NCBI GenBank assembly: GCA_045629225.1
Contig: JAZQQU010000095.1
Span: forward strand, 8,055-72,054
Length of the DNA stretch: 64,000 bases
Reading direction: 5' to 3'
Origin: Bacteroidales bacterium
GTDB taxonomy: Bacteria; Bacteroidota; Bacteroidia; Bacteroidales; UBA3663
The notes under the pieces were generated by a model, which did not search any database, had not been told where the DNA came from, and saw only the letters and a program-made list of their open reading frames with translations. Position numbers and translations under genes: made by a program. Shown in pieces: positions 19,676-29,296 of this stretch (position 1 is its first letter; each line of letters opens with the position of its first letter).

Positions 19676-20773
19676 TTAAAGGCTGCGATAGACGGTGGCT
19701 ACCTGTTGGGCAATGACGTCCCAGTTGTACTTCTCCATGTCATAGACATACTTGTGGTAGGGGCCATCGACGATGGATTGCAGACGGGCTGTGAGCTCGA
19801 GCACATCGCCACAGTGGAAGTAGTTTCGGGCAGGCAGACCCACCTCAAGGTTGGCTGGGATGTCGCTCACCAAGGTCGGTGCACCGTAGGACATGGCCTC
19901 GAGCAGGGCGATGGGCAAACCTTCGTGTGAGGAGGGGAGCACGTAACAGCAGGTGTGGTTGAGCAGCGAATGGAGTCGCTTGCCCTTGATGAAACCGGTG
20001 AGAATCACATTGTGCTCCTTGGCCATGGCCTTCAGCTGGTTGGAGTAGCTGTCCTCAAAGTCCGAATCTCCTGCTATGACCAGCTTGCATCCGTGGTTGT
20101 CGATCTTGGAGAAAGCTTGAATCAGGTGGTGCAGATTCTTTTCGGGAGCAAAGCGGCACATGCCTAAGATATACTTGCCAGGTTCAATGCCAAGGTGGCT
20201 GAAATAGGCTGGGTCTGAAATGTCCTCAGCGGCTGGTACTCCGTTGTATATGAGGTGCATCTTGTGGTTGATGTGATACTTCTTGCGCAATAGTTCGCGT
20301 ATGCCTTCGCTGATGACTATCACCTTGTTGGCAAATGTGGCACCCATGGCTTCGCCAAAGCGCAGCATGAGCTTAGCCATCCATCCCCACTTCACGCGGT
20401 CATAGTCTTGGCCATGGTGGGTGAAGACCACTTTCATGCCCAACATGCGGGCTATAGGTGTGAGGATAGCTGGTCCGCAGGCGTGGATGTGCAGAATCTG
20501 TGCGTGCAGATTGTGTGCTTTCCAGACGGCACGCCAAGTGTGGGTGATGGCTTCGAAACTCTTGCTGCGAGGTGCAGGGATGTCGAGCAGCTTGACCCCA
20601 TTCCAATGTAGCAGGTGGTCGTGGATGTAGCTGGTGCGGCGTATGACGGTGACGTCGAAATCCATGCCTGCCAGACGGGGAAAGAGCTCCTCGCAGTGGG
20701 TTTCAACACCGCCCATGATGTTGGGGATGCCTCGTGTGCCTGTAACTACTATGCGGTTTTTGATTTTGTTCAC
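19676..20773 (-). CDS. GT4-family glycosyltransferase with DUF1972-type N-terminus (WchF/RgpA-like)
   Basis: 365 aa with a GTG start. N-terminus VTGTRGIPNIMGGVETHCEELFPRL, C-terminus SSHEGLPIALLEAMSYG (EX7E region). Confidence 0.75.
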   Translation of the reverse strand: MNKIKNRIVVTGTRGIPNIMGGVETHCEELFPRLAGMDFDVTVIRRTSYIHDHLLHWNGVKLLDIPAPRSKSFEAITHTWRAVWKAHNLHAQILHIHACGPAILTPIARMLGMKVVFTHHGQDYDRVKWGWMAKLMLRFGEAMGATFANKVIVISEGIRELLRKKYHINHKMHLIYNGVPAAEDISDPAYFSHLGIEPGKYILGMCRFAPEKNLHHLIQAFSKIDNHGCKLVIAGDSDFEDSYSNQLKAMAKEHNVILTGFIKGKRLHSLLNHTCCYVLPSSHEGLPIALLEAMSYGAPTLVSDIPANLEVGLPARNYFHCGDVLELTARLQSIVDGPYHKYVYDMEKYNWDVIAQQVATVYRSL

Positions 20774-20851
20774 GTTATGTGTGTTATTGGGGGGATAAGA
20801 AAAGGTGTGTGTAATAAAAAAGACTAGAGATCACTCGTCAGCTGATGACTA

Positions 20852-21919
20852 TCAATGTGCGGTTCTCAGATCGCCCTGACGAGGATCCTGACCCACGTCA
20901 TGCCAGGTTTTGTCCAGACAGGCGGGTTTGCCTTGCAGAGAGCGTAACTTATTGCGCAGAGCCCAACCCAGCGGGTACTTGATGTACTTGTGCATTACGG
21001 GCGAAGCGGTGCCCACCATCCAGCAATTCTTGGCACAGGTACGCACCTTCTGACGCACAGCCTCGGCTTCAGGACTCTGCCATATAGTCATGAAATCGGC
21101 CTTGTGGATGTTGCCCATTGACTGCTTCCAGTACTTCTCTTCCAGGCCGTTGCAGGGATAGACCTCACCCCATGGATCGATAAAGAAATTGGCCGAACCT
21201 GCCTCACAGGGAAGCATGCGTCGGCCTCCCTCTATATAATTGATTAGGCCCATGTTGAACCATGCGCGGAACCATGACTTGGGGTGATTCTCCTTGAGCT
21301 GCAGGTTCACGAGCTTCTCGAAGTTGCGACACACCTCCTCACGGTTGGTGATCACATTGTCGTCCTTGTGGAAATAGTAGCTGTTGTGGAAGGCTGCAGT
21401 AGCGAATTCCAGGCCCATGCTGAGCGACAGCTTATAGAGCTCGAGCATATCGGCCGAGTTGTTATTCGATACAGTGCAGCCAAAGCCAATGTCCTTGAGG
21501 CCCATCTGCTGAAGAGTCTTGAGGGTGCGAAGCCCCTTCTCAAATCCGCCCTCGCGCCCGCGCAATTCATCGTTCTTCTGCTGCAGACCCTCGATGCTGA
21601 TGCGGATGCCAATGTTAGGGAAGCGCTTGGCCAGAGCAATAACGCGGTCCTCGAACCATCCGCTTGTTGAGATGACAATGCGGTCGGTGTGGCGGTAGCA
21701 CTCCTCAACAATCTCTGCCAGGTCTTCACGAATAAAGGGTTCACCACCCGTAAGGTTGATGAACTTGAGACGAGGCAATGTCCTGAGATCTTGGGCCTTG
21801 ATTTCCTCTTCTTTGTGTGTCGGGTTCTTCCAGATGTTGCACATCACGCATCGCATAGGACAGCGATAGGTCAGGATGATGCTGGCATCGGTAGGTTGTT
21901 GTATGTTGGGTTTGGGCAT
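20852..21919 (-). CDS. radical SAM protein with C-terminal SPASM/twitch-like Cys region
   Basis: The track ORF runs to 22078, but the conserved part starts at ATG 21919 (MPKPNIQQ). CX3CX2C motif YRCPMRCVMCNIW, then GGEPF. C-terminal cysteines in PCEAGSANFFIDPWGEVYPCNG...RTCAKNCW. Confidence 0.75.
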   Translation of the reverse strand: MPKPNIQQPTDASIILTYRCPMRCVMCNIWKNPTHKEEEIKAQDLRTLPRLKFINLTGGEPFIREDLAEIVEECYRHTDRIVISTSGWFEDRVIALAKRFPNIGIRISIEGLQQKNDELRGREGGFEKGLRTLKTLQQMGLKDIGFGCTVSNNNSADMLELYKLSLSMGLEFATAAFHNSYYFHKDDNVITNREEVCRNFEKLVNLQLKENHPKSWFRAWFNMGLINYIEGGRRMLPCEAGSANFFIDPWGEVYPCNGLEEKYWKQSMGNIHKADFMTIWQSPEAEAVRQKVRTCAKNCWMVGTASPVMHKYIKYPLGWALRNKLRSLQGKPACLDKTWHDVGQDPRQGDLRTAH

Positions 21920-22145
21920 ATTATGCAAGCTTGCTATACCGCGCTGTCTGCGCTGTATTATAGTACTACTGCATTTATAACGCGAATTGCCCCGTATTAT
22001 TGTATGAAAGGCAAGATTTTTATGGCAAAATGTCATTATGAGGCAAAAATAGGGGCGGCATTGGGCAATAAAGGGCACTAACGCGCGTTATATAGGTGTT
22101 CATGTTTATTGCAGCTTAATTGCCGATCATCCGATTATTACGTCT

Positions 22146-23732
22146 ATGAACCTGCTCGATAGTCATTCTTCAGCATGCTGGGGCGCGATGTGTATGGCCC
22201 TCTTGCTTTCTGCTTCATCCCTTGCCAAGGCTGAAACCCTGACAGCGGAGCACGACAATGTGCCGGCCAGCGACACTCGCTTGTGCTACGACCTCACGAT
22301 GGAAGGTGCTGTGGGCAGTGGCGAGTTTTCGGCTTACCACGTCGTGAGCCAACGCCACCATGTGCTTGGCATTCGTAGCAATACTGGCTATCTGCGAGCT
22401 GCCATCGCGGGACGTAAGAGTTGGGTGCAACGACCCTCGCTCAGCTTGTCAGGTGCGCTCGATGTGGTGGCCCCTCTGCGTGGCGACCGACAGACATGGT
22501 TGCAGCAGGCCTATCTGCGGCTGGACTGGAACTCGTTCTATCTTGAGGCTGGTCAGCGCGAGCATGATCCTGTGTTGCGTGACGTGCAGCTTTCGTCCGG
22601 TTCGCTTATCACCTCGGGCAACGCCAAGCCCCTTCCTGAGGTGCGCATAGGTACTCGTGGTTTCTACACTCTGCCTTGGATGCACGAGTGGCTGCAAGTG
22701 CAGGCCGATGCCTCGTACGGCCGTTTTCTGGACGATGACTGGATGCAGGATCGCTATGATCGCTACTATGCCCAGTATGGTAATTCGTGGATTACGACGG
22801 GTGTCTGGTTTCATCATAAGCGACTGTATGTGCGTACTAATCCCGACAAAATTCTGTCCCTGACACTGGGTGCAGAGCATGCTGTGCAGTTCGGTGGGCA
22901 TCAGGTGATGCACGTGAATGGTGAAGAGCTTCAAGCCTGGTCCGGTTCGAAGCCCAAAGACTTTCTGGAAGTGATAATCCCCACAGGCGGTGATGGCAGC
23001 ATGGGATCGACCAACGATCGCACGCAAGAGTGGGTCAAGGGCAATCATCTGGGGCAGTGGACCATTCAGCTGGATTGGAGTCTCATCTCAAACCAGCGTC
23101 TCTCAGTCTATATGGAAAACCCCTTTGAGGACGGATCAGGCATCAAGAAGGGCAATGGATGGGATGGCCTCTGGGGCATGGAGTTCAAGGACAGCCGGCC
23201 TGGCATGCGCCCTGTGCGTGGCATTGTGGTCGAATACCTCGACCTTACCGACCAGTCAGGCCCCATGCACTGGGAGCCCAACGACTACATAGGTCTGGAT
23301 GGCCATGTGGCAGACCATGCTACGGGTAACGACAACTATTACAACAATTACTTCTACAATGGTTTTGCTCACTATGGCATGGCCATGGGTTCGCCTCTGG
23401 CTCAGTCTCCTATCTACAATCAGGATGGCTACCTCAACTTTGCAGACAACCGTGTGCGTGCTTGGCACTTAGGCGTGTCGGGCGACTTAGGAACAGCGGG
23501 TGGCTCGTCTTCGCATTGGGATTATCGGTTGCTGGCCACCTATCGCGAGGGATGGGGCACCTACTTCATTCCACTTGAGCGGATGCACCACAGCCTCGAT
23601 CTGCTTGTGCAATGTGGTTGGCAGATGGGAGCTTGGCGATGCTCCACAGCATTCGGTCTCTCGCAGGGCAATGTCTATGGCGATTGTACTACGTTCAACT
23701 TCAAAATCGGATATCATGGCAAGTTATTATGA
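22146..23732 (+). CDS. outer-membrane beta-barrel protein, Wzi-like (capsule assembly) candidate
   Basis: 528 aa. Signal peptide, alternating beta-strand-like pattern, aromatic C-terminus (KIGYHGKLL). The segment SSGSLITSGNAKPLPEVRIG resembles the Wzi family as I recall it. No alignment was done. Confidence 0.45.
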   Translation: MNLLDSHSSACWGAMCMALLLSASSLAKAETLTAEHDNVPASDTRLCYDLTMEGAVGSGEFSAYHVVSQRHHVLGIRSNTGYLRAAIAGRKSWVQRPSLSLSGALDVVAPLRGDRQTWLQQAYLRLDWNSFYLEAGQREHDPVLRDVQLSSGSLITSGNAKPLPEVRIGTRGFYTLPWMHEWLQVQADASYGRFLDDDWMQDRYDRYYAQYGNSWITTGVWFHHKRLYVRTNPDKILSLTLGAEHAVQFGGHQVMHVNGEELQAWSGSKPKDFLEVIIPTGGDGSMGSTNDRTQEWVKGNHLGQWTIQLDWSLISNQRLSVYMENPFEDGSGIKKGNGWDGLWGMEFKDSRPGMRPVRGIVVEYLDLTDQSGPMHWEPNDYIGLDGHVADHATGNDNYYNNYFYNGFAHYGMAMGSPLAQSPIYNQDGYLNFADNRVRAWHLGVSGDLGTAGGSSSHWDYRLLATYREGWGTYFIPLERMHHSLDLLVQCGWQMGAWRCSTAFGLSQGNVYGDCTTFNFKIGYHGKLL

Positions 23733-23748
23733 TTCGACAAAAGCCGGC

Positions 23749-24204
23749 ATGAAGGCCTTGGGTCCTCTCCGTCGTTTTGCGTCAATCCAAGCGTCAGCCG
23801 CGCTCTCTTTCCTGCTTTTTATGTTCGCATCTTGTCGCAACGAAGAGGACATTCAGGGGCTCATGGGGCAGTGGCAACTTGAGGAATACCATTCTGACGA
23901 TGGTACGCAAGGCCCCTCTTTGGGACGACAGTGGTACCTCTCCTTCGCTGGTCACACAGCCTGGGTCAAGGAGGTTGAGGCTGCTTCGCATGAATACCAG
24001 AGTGTCTTCGCAGCCTGCGATATCCGCTCGGACAGCCTTCTCATGGAGTTCACTTTGCGTTACGGACATAGCGACACCTTGCTCGTTGAGCGAACCATGC
24101 ACTTCCCCTCTTTCGGCCACTCGTCTCTGGGTATGCAGAGAATTGATGACAACACCTTGATGTTGCAGAGCGGTTCGCGTGTGTGGCGGTGGAAGCGTTA
24201 TTGA
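23749..24204 (+). CDS. small lipoprotein, lipocalin-like domain candidate
   Basis: The track ORF starts at 23500 inside the previous gene. A plausible start at ATG 23749 gives MKALGPLRRFASIQASAALSFLLFMFASC (lipobox), then GQWQLEEYHSDDG typical of Bacteroidales lipocalin-like lipoproteins. Confidence 0.5.
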   Translation: MKALGPLRRFASIQASAALSFLLFMFASCRNEEDIQGLMGQWQLEEYHSDDGTQGPSLGRQWYLSFAGHTAWVKEVEAASHEYQSVFAACDIRSDSLLMEFTLRYGHSDTLLVERTMHFPSFGHSSLGMQRIDDNTLMLQSGSRVWRWKRY

Positions 24205-24316
24205 TGGATTCTGGTATCGTAAATGGCATCTGATGCGTTCCGTGATTCTTGCCGAATTGTCCATGGCGGTAATGGTCAGTCCGAGGGAGTGACAGGTCGG
24301 ATTGTCTGGCACACAT

Positions 24317-24556
24317 GGAATCAACACCTCGTACGGTGTGTTGACTCTGTTGATACACAGAGGGGCAAAAGCTGCAACTTTTGCCCCTCTGCGCATAGAA
24401 GATCGCACTAATCGGTGCCTGAATGCTTGGTTTGGCATGCGCGGAATCAACACTTTGTACGATGTGTTGACTACGTTGATGCACAGAGGGGCAAAATATG
24501 CAGCTTTTGCCCCTCTGTGAGTCCCGAAAATCAACACTACGTACGATGTGTCAAAT
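24317..24556. repeat. hairpin-module repeats: two 75-bp copies 126 bp apart plus a third partial module
   Basis: Copy 1 (24317-24391) and copy 2 (24443-24517) share ggaatcaacac.t.gtacg.tgtgttgact..gttgat.cacagaggggcaaaa...cttttgcccctctg. Each holds hairpin A (caacac/gtgttg) and hairpin B (13-14-bp stem cagaggggcaaaag/cttttgcccctctg). Hairpin A recurs at 24529-24556. Confidence 0.85.
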
Positions 24557-24592
24557 TCACATGTACAGAATGTCAAATTTGCATGTATAGAA
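24549..24592. repeat. 22-bp direct tandem repeat x2 (plus a degenerate third)
   Basis: tgtcaaattcacatgtacagaa / tgtcaaatttgcatgtatagaa, then tgccaattacac... Confidence 0.75.
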
Positions 24593-24600
24593 TGCCAATT

Positions 24601-24640
24601 ACACAAAGAGAAGCCCTCACTCCGAATAGAAGTGAGGGCG
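24601..24640 (-). terminator. rho-independent terminator of rpmE
   Basis: On the minus strand: gccctcact-tctattcgg-agtgagggc followed by ttctctttgtgt. Confidence 0.7.
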
Positions 24641-24663
24641 TTGTGATATCTTGCAGAAAGATA

Positions 24664-24915
24664 TTACTTCTTGCGGTTGCCGTAGCGGTTGAGGAACTTA
24701 TCAACACGACCTGCTGTGTCGACGAGCTTGTGCTTGCCAGTGTAGAATGGGTGGCTGGCAGAGGTGATTTCAAGCTTTACGAGTGGATACTCAACGCCGT
24801 CGATCTCAATGGTCTCCTTGGTGTTGATGGTTGAACGCGAAATGAAGGTAACATCATTCGACATGTCCTTGAAAGCTACAGGACGATAGTTGCTTGGGTG
24901 CAAATCTTTCTTCAT
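24664..24915 (-). CDS. rpmE: 50S ribosomal protein L31, type B
   Basis: 83 aa, [17 protein letters not shown]...HPFYTGK. It lacks the CxxC zinc pair, so it is type B. Confidence 0.9.
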   Translation of the reverse strand: MKKDLHPSNYRPVAFKDMSNDVTFISRSTINTKETIEIDGVEYPLVKLEITSASHPFYTGKHKLVDTAGRVDKFLNRYGNRKK

Positions 24916-24970
24916 TGTTGTATTTGTTTTGTGACCGGGGAATATGCTCGGTCTGATTAATTTTCGGGCG

Positions 24971-24978
24971 CAAAGATA
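24971..24978 (-). promoter_or_regulatory. -7 promoter box (TATCTTTG on minus strand) upstream of rpmE
   Basis: caaagata on the plus strand, 56 nt upstream of ATG 24915. Confidence 0.55.
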
Positions 24979-25120
24979 GCGAATATTTATTAAAATGTAA
25001 AATGTAAAGGGAAAGAAATGCTTTGAGGAGTTGAGATTTCATTAGTAAATGTGCAAAATGATAGGCTTAACTGTCAATTTTGCGTCGTAAACTTACATTA
25101 TACATTTGTCGCGTGGGGAC

Positions 25121-26014
25121 TCATACCATCGCACAGAACACCAGATAGCAGAGGGCTGCTGGTGCGGCTAGGATGAGGGAGTCAAAGCGGTCCCAGAGGC
25201 CTCCGTGGCCTGGGAGCAGGTTGCCGGAGTCCTTGACGCCTACGCCGCGCTTGACGAGCGACTCAATCAGGTCGCCATAGGTGGAGAAGATGCTGACTAT
25301 GAGGCCGAGGCCGATCCATTGCAGGGTAGTGAGGCGCAGGCCTTCGTGCAGGTTGATGCCAAAGAGGTTCCAGATGTAGTCGTAAGAGAGGCCCCAGCCG
25401 AGCAACATGGCGAAGATGAGGCCACCGTAGACACCCTCCCAGGTCTTCTTGGGCGAGACGCGAGGGAAGAGCTTGTGAGTCTTCATCAGGGAGTTGCAGG
25501 TCATTCCTGTGAGGTAGGCACCGGTGTCGTTGATCCAGATGAAGAAAAAGAGCGACAGCACGAAGATGGGGCTATAGTCCTTGAGCACTTCGCCTAGTGG
25601 AAAGGCCTGCGTGTGGAATGCTATGCCTGAGAGCATGGCGAAAGGAATGGCAATATAGACCTGTCCGAGAATGATGTAGGCGATCTCGCGTATGGGGTTC
25701 TCCTGTTTGGTGTAGAGACGGCTGATGAACATCACGATGAGGTAGATGGCATAGAAGCAGAACACCCATCGCGTGGTGAGGTGCGAGGCATCGAGGAATG
25801 TGAACACGAAGAAAGCCGAGCCTGCCAGACTATGGAGGGGACGGAAAATATGGACTTCGCGTGAGATGTTGATCAGGTTATAGAATTCCCACAGGATACC
25901 GCACAGCAGCACAGAGAAGAAGACTACGAACGAGTATGGACCCGCAATGATGGCCCAAACCATCACTGCTACGAGTAGTATTGCGGTTATGGTGCGTAGG
26001 AGGAAGGAGCGCAT
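25121..26014 (-). CDS. cdsA: phosphatidate cytidylyltransferase
   Basis: 297 aa polytopic membrane protein. CdsA signature SPKKTWEG...GDLIESLVKRGVGVKDSGNLLPGHGGLWDRFDS. Confidence 0.9.
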   Translation of the reverse strand: MRSFLLRTITAILLVAVMVWAIIAGPYSFVVFFSVLLCGILWEFYNLINISREVHIFRPLHSLAGSAFFVFTFLDASHLTTRWVFCFYAIYLIVMFISRLYTKQENPIREIAYIILGQVYIAIPFAMLSGIAFHTQAFPLGEVLKDYSPIFVLSLFFFIWINDTGAYLTGMTCNSLMKTHKLFPRVSPKKTWEGVYGGLIFAMLLGWGLSYDYIWNLFGINLHEGLRLTTLQWIGLGLIVSIFSTYGDLIESLVKRGVGVKDSGNLLPGHGGLWDRFDSLILAAPAALCYLVFCAMV

Positions 26015-26050
26015 GAATTAATGGATCATTAAATAATTCATAATTGATAA

Positions 26051-28135
26051 TCAGACCTCGGGGAGTGCAGTAGGTGTAGTATCGTCGGCTTCTGAGGCAG
26101 TGGAGGAGGCATTCTGCTGCTGCAGTAGGAGTTCGTCAGAACGTGATGCCCAGGCGCGTGGCCCGAAAATGTGTTCGACGTCTTCGGTGAAGATGACCTC
26201 GCGCTCTTCGAGTGTGGCAGCCAGTCGGTTATGGCCCTCGCTGTGCTCCATAAGAAGCTGCTTGGCTCGCTCATACTGTTCGGCAATGAGCTTGGATATT
26301 TCCTGGTCAATGGTCTTAGCGCGTTCCTCGGAGAATGGCTTTGAGAAGCTGTATTCCTGACCAGTGGAGTCGTAATAGCAGACGTTAGGCAACGATTTGC
26401 TCATGCCGTAGTAGGCCACCATGGCGTAAGCCTGCTTGGTGACGCGTTCCAGATCGTTGGCTGCACCACTGGAGATGGTGCCCAGGAAGAGCTCCTCAGC
26501 AGCACGTCCTCCCAGGAGGCCGCAGATCTCGTCGCACATGGCTTGATAGGTGACAATCTGTCGCTCCTCAGGCATGTACCATGCTGCACCCAGAGCATTG
26601 CCACGAGGCACAATGGTGACCTTGACCAGAGGATTGCCATACTTAAGATGCCATGAGATGGTGGCATGACCGGCTTCGTGCACGGCGATGGAGTGTTTTT
26701 CCTCGATGGTCATGACTTTGGACTTCTTCTCCAAACCACCGATGATGCGGTCCACAGCGTCGTTGAAGTCGTGCTCATCGACAGTCTCTTTGCCATTGCG
26801 AGCGGCAATGAGGGCGGCCTCGTTGCAGACATTGGCAATGTCGGCACCGCTGAACCCTGGAGTCTGACGCGCCAGCTTGGCCACATCGAGGTCGGCAGCC
26901 AACTTGAGAGGCTTGAGGTGGACATTGAAAATCTCTACACGATCTTGTAGCTCTGGCAGATCAACGTGTATCTGACGGTCGAAACGACCTGCACGGAGCA
27001 GGGCCTTATCGAGGATGTCGGCACGGTTGGTGGCAGCCAGGATGATAACACCAGAGTTAGTGCCGAAGCCGTCCATCTCGGTGAGCAGCTGGTTGAGGGT
27101 CGATTCGCGCTCGTCGTTGCTGGGCATACCACCACGATTTGAGCGAGCACGTCCCACGGCATCGATCTCGTCGATGAAAATGATGCAGGGAGCCTTCTCC
27201 TTGGCCTGTCGGAAGAGATCGCGCACACGGCTGGCTCCAACGCCAACAAACATTTCGACGAAATCAGAGCCTGACATTGAGAAGAATGGAACATCAGCCT
27301 CACCAGCTACAGCTTTGGCCAACAATGTCTTGCCTGTGCCTGGAGGGCCTACGAGCAGGGCACCCTTAGGAATTTTGCCACCCAGGTTGGTGAACTTCTC
27401 AGGGTTTTTCAAAAACTCCACTATTTCCTGCACCTCTTGCTTAGCTTCGCTGAGGCCGGCTACATCCTGGAAGGTGACCTTCATCTTGTTGTCCTTCTCA
27501 TAGACTTGTGCCTTGCTGCGCCCCACATTGAAGATGCCTCCGAGACCGCCACCACCGCCTCCGCGGCTGAAGCCTCGGAAGAAGACGAAGTAGAAGAACA
27601 ACAGCATCAACAGTGGAGAAGCCAGGCTGAGGATGAGGTCCCAGGGACCATTGCCCTTCTCATAACGCACATCGCCTGAGAACTGACTGTCTTCGGACTG
27701 CCGCCATTTCTCCACATCGTCGGCAAACTTGTCGGCCGAGGGTATGTTGGTCTCGATGGTGAGCTGTTTGCCTTCTTGCTTCGATTGCTCAAAGGTGGTT
27801 TTCAGCCCTTTCATATTCTCAAGGGTAGGTGCTTTTTCGAGCTTGGCGGTAGCCACTCCCGTCTTGGTGTTGACTACGAGCGACGTGAAGTCTCCCTCCT
27901 GAGCCATCTTGGCGAAGTCGGAATAACCGACCTCGCGCGTCATATCATTGCCCGAGAAGAAATATACTCCAAAGAGGACGGATGCGATGATAAGGTAGAT
28001 CCAATAAAAGTTGAATCCACCTCCGCCCCTCGTGCCCGAGGGACGCATGGGGTTGTTGTCCTGAGTATTGTTGTGGCTCTGTGGAGCCTGATTGTTCTTT
28101 GTTGCCACTGTATTGGGATATTTGGTTTTTGACAA
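26051..28135 (-). CDS. ftsH: ATP-dependent zinc metalloprotease FtsH
   Basis: Walker [19 protein letters not shown], Walker [10 protein letters not shown], zinc motif HEAGHA. The start is uncertain: the track start 28135 is a TTG and the next ATG is at 28048. Confidence 0.9.
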   Translation of the reverse strand: MSKTKYPNTVATKNNQAPQSHNNTQDNNPMRPSGTRGGGGFNFYWIYLIIASVLFGVYFFSGNDMTREVGYSDFAKMAQEGDFTSLVVNTKTGVATAKLEKAPTLENMKGLKTTFEQSKQEGKQLTIETNIPSADKFADDVEKWRQSEDSQFSGDVRYEKGNGPWDLILSLASPLLMLLFFYFVFFRGFSRGGGGGGLGGIFNVGRSKAQVYEKDNKMKVTFQDVAGLSEAKQEVQEIVEFLKNPEKFTNLGGKIPKGALLVGPPGTGKTLLAKAVAGEADVPFFSMSGSDFVEMFVGVGASRVRDLFRQAKEKAPCIIFIDEIDAVGRARSNRGGMPSNDERESTLNQLLTEMDGFGTNSGVIILAATNRADILDKALLRAGRFDRQIHVDLPELQDRVEIFNVHLKPLKLAADLDVAKLARQTPGFSGADIANVCNEAALIAARNGKETVDEHDFNDAVDRIIGGLEKKSKVMTIEEKHSIAVHEAGHATISWHLKYGNPLVKVTIVPRGNALGAAWYMPEERQIVTYQAMCDEICGLLGGRAAEELFLGTISSGAANDLERVTKQAYAMVAYYGMSKSLPNVCYYDSTGQEYSFSKPFSEERAKTIDQEISKLIAEQYERAKQLLMEHSEGHNRLAATLEEREVIFTEDVEHIFGPRAWASRSDELLLQQQNASSTASEADDTTPTALPEV

Positions 28136-28208
28136 ATTGCTGATTGCGCTACTTTCGCAAGTGCTATAGTTGTTTGTTTTGAGGGCGTTTCATTTGCGAA
28201 ATTTGAGG

Positions 28209-28559
28209 TTATAGTTCCTCGAACTTCGTGATTCGCGCATCCTCCCAAAGCGATTCGAGACGATAGAATTCGCGTGTCTCGGGTTGGAAGATATGGACCA
28301 GAACATACCCATAGTCGATGGCAACCCACAGTCGGTTCTGCATGCCCACTTGACCTTGATGGTGCAGACCTGCGTGTTCGCGGATATGGTCGGTGAGTGT
28401 GTTGGCAATGCCATAGACATGGGTCGATGACGTACCCTCGCAGACTACGAAGTACTGGAAAGCCGCCTCCTCAATGTCGCGCATGTCGATGAGCTGTATG
28501 TCGCGAGCCTTGGCGTTTTGCAGGCCCTCAATGATGCTGTCAATTAGTATGTCTGTCAT
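28209..28559 (-). CDS. rsfS: ribosome silencing factor RsfS (iojap family)
   Basis: The track start 28580 is a GTG. ATG 28559 gives MTDILIDSIIEGLQNAKARDIQLIDM..., a ~116-aa iojap-like protein. Confidence 0.85.
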   Translation of the reverse strand: MTDILIDSIIEGLQNAKARDIQLIDMRDIEEAAFQYFVVCEGTSSTHVYGIANTLTDHIREHAGLHHQGQVGMQNRLWVAIDYGYVLVHIFQPETREFYRLESLWEDARITKFEEL

Positions 28560-28591
28560 TATTCTTGATTGAAGTTGCACATAAAATCGCG

Positions 28592-28599
28592 CAAAGATA
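28592..28599 (-). promoter_or_regulatory. -7 promoter box (TATCTTTG on minus strand) for rsfS-ftsH-cdsA
   Basis: caaagata on the plus strand, just upstream of the rsfS start codons. Confidence 0.55.
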
Positions 28600-28693
28600 G
28601 CGATATTTTTTGAGTTTTTGTTATAAAATATGCTAAAAATGATTTTGAGGCATGTTTTTTTGCTTTTTTCTTGCTAGGTTGCAGATTTTTTCG

Positions 28694-28701
28694 TATATTT
28701 G
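28694..28701 (+). promoter_or_regulatory. -7 promoter box TATATTTG for the DUF3127 gene
   Basis: TAnnTTTG match 72 nt upstream of ATG 28773, divergent from the rsfS promoter. Confidence 0.5.
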
Positions 28702-28772
28702 CATCGCATTTCTGGCCTCTTAGTAGAGGAATAAGATGACAAATATACATTATAAATATATAAAAGACTATT

Positions 28773-29261
28773 ATGGAAATCAGAGGACGTATCGTTCAGG
28801 TCCTGCCACTGGCATCGGGCGTGAGCAGAACAGGTAACAATTGGCGCAAGCAAGAGTATGTATTGGAGACCTTCGACCAGTATCCTCGCAAGGTGCTCTT
28901 CAACTTCTTCAACAATACCATCGACCAGTATCCACTGCAGGTTGGCGAGGATATTATTCTGAGCTTCGATCTGGAGAGCCGTAGCTATGTTGGTCGCGAT
29001 GGCGTAGAGCGTTGGAGCACTGACGTGCGTGGCTGGAAGGTCGAGAAGGCCGATGCTCAGATGGCTGCACCTGGTTATGCTCCACAGGCAGGCTTCGCAC
29101 CACAACAGCCAGTTGCTGGTTTTGGTGCAGCACCACAGCAGGCAGGTTTTGCTCCACAGCCAACTGCTGCTCAACCTTTCGAGGCTCCTCAGCCGGTAGT
29201 GCCACAGTTCCCAGCTGCTGAGCCACAGGCAGCTGCTGGTACTGATGATCTACCGTTCTGA
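28773..29261 (+). CDS. DUF3127-type protein with SSB-like tail (Q/P/A/G-rich linker ending in DDLPF)
   Basis: 162 aa. The N-terminal ~95 aa (MEIRGRIVQVLPLASGVSRTGNNWRKQEYVLET...) match the DUF3127 pattern as I recall it. The C-terminal half is a low-complexity GFAPQ-repeat region ending ...AAGTDDLPF. Confidence 0.7.
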   Translation: MEIRGRIVQVLPLASGVSRTGNNWRKQEYVLETFDQYPRKVLFNFFNNTIDQYPLQVGEDIILSFDLESRSYVGRDGVERWSTDVRGWKVEKADAQMAAPGYAPQAGFAPQQPVAGFGAAPQQAGFAPQPTAAQPFEAPQPVVPQFPAAEPQAAAGTDDLPF

Positions 29262-29296
29262 TATCATTGTGTTGGCAAAAATATAAAAAAATATTC

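Noticed and set aside
24223-24834. Track ORFs (62-144 aa) with repeated HRGAKAATFAPL / HRGAKYAAFAPL peptides on both strands.
   Set aside because: They are translations of the palindromic hairpin-B repeats, which give the same peptide on both strands. They overlap each other and the rpmE gene.
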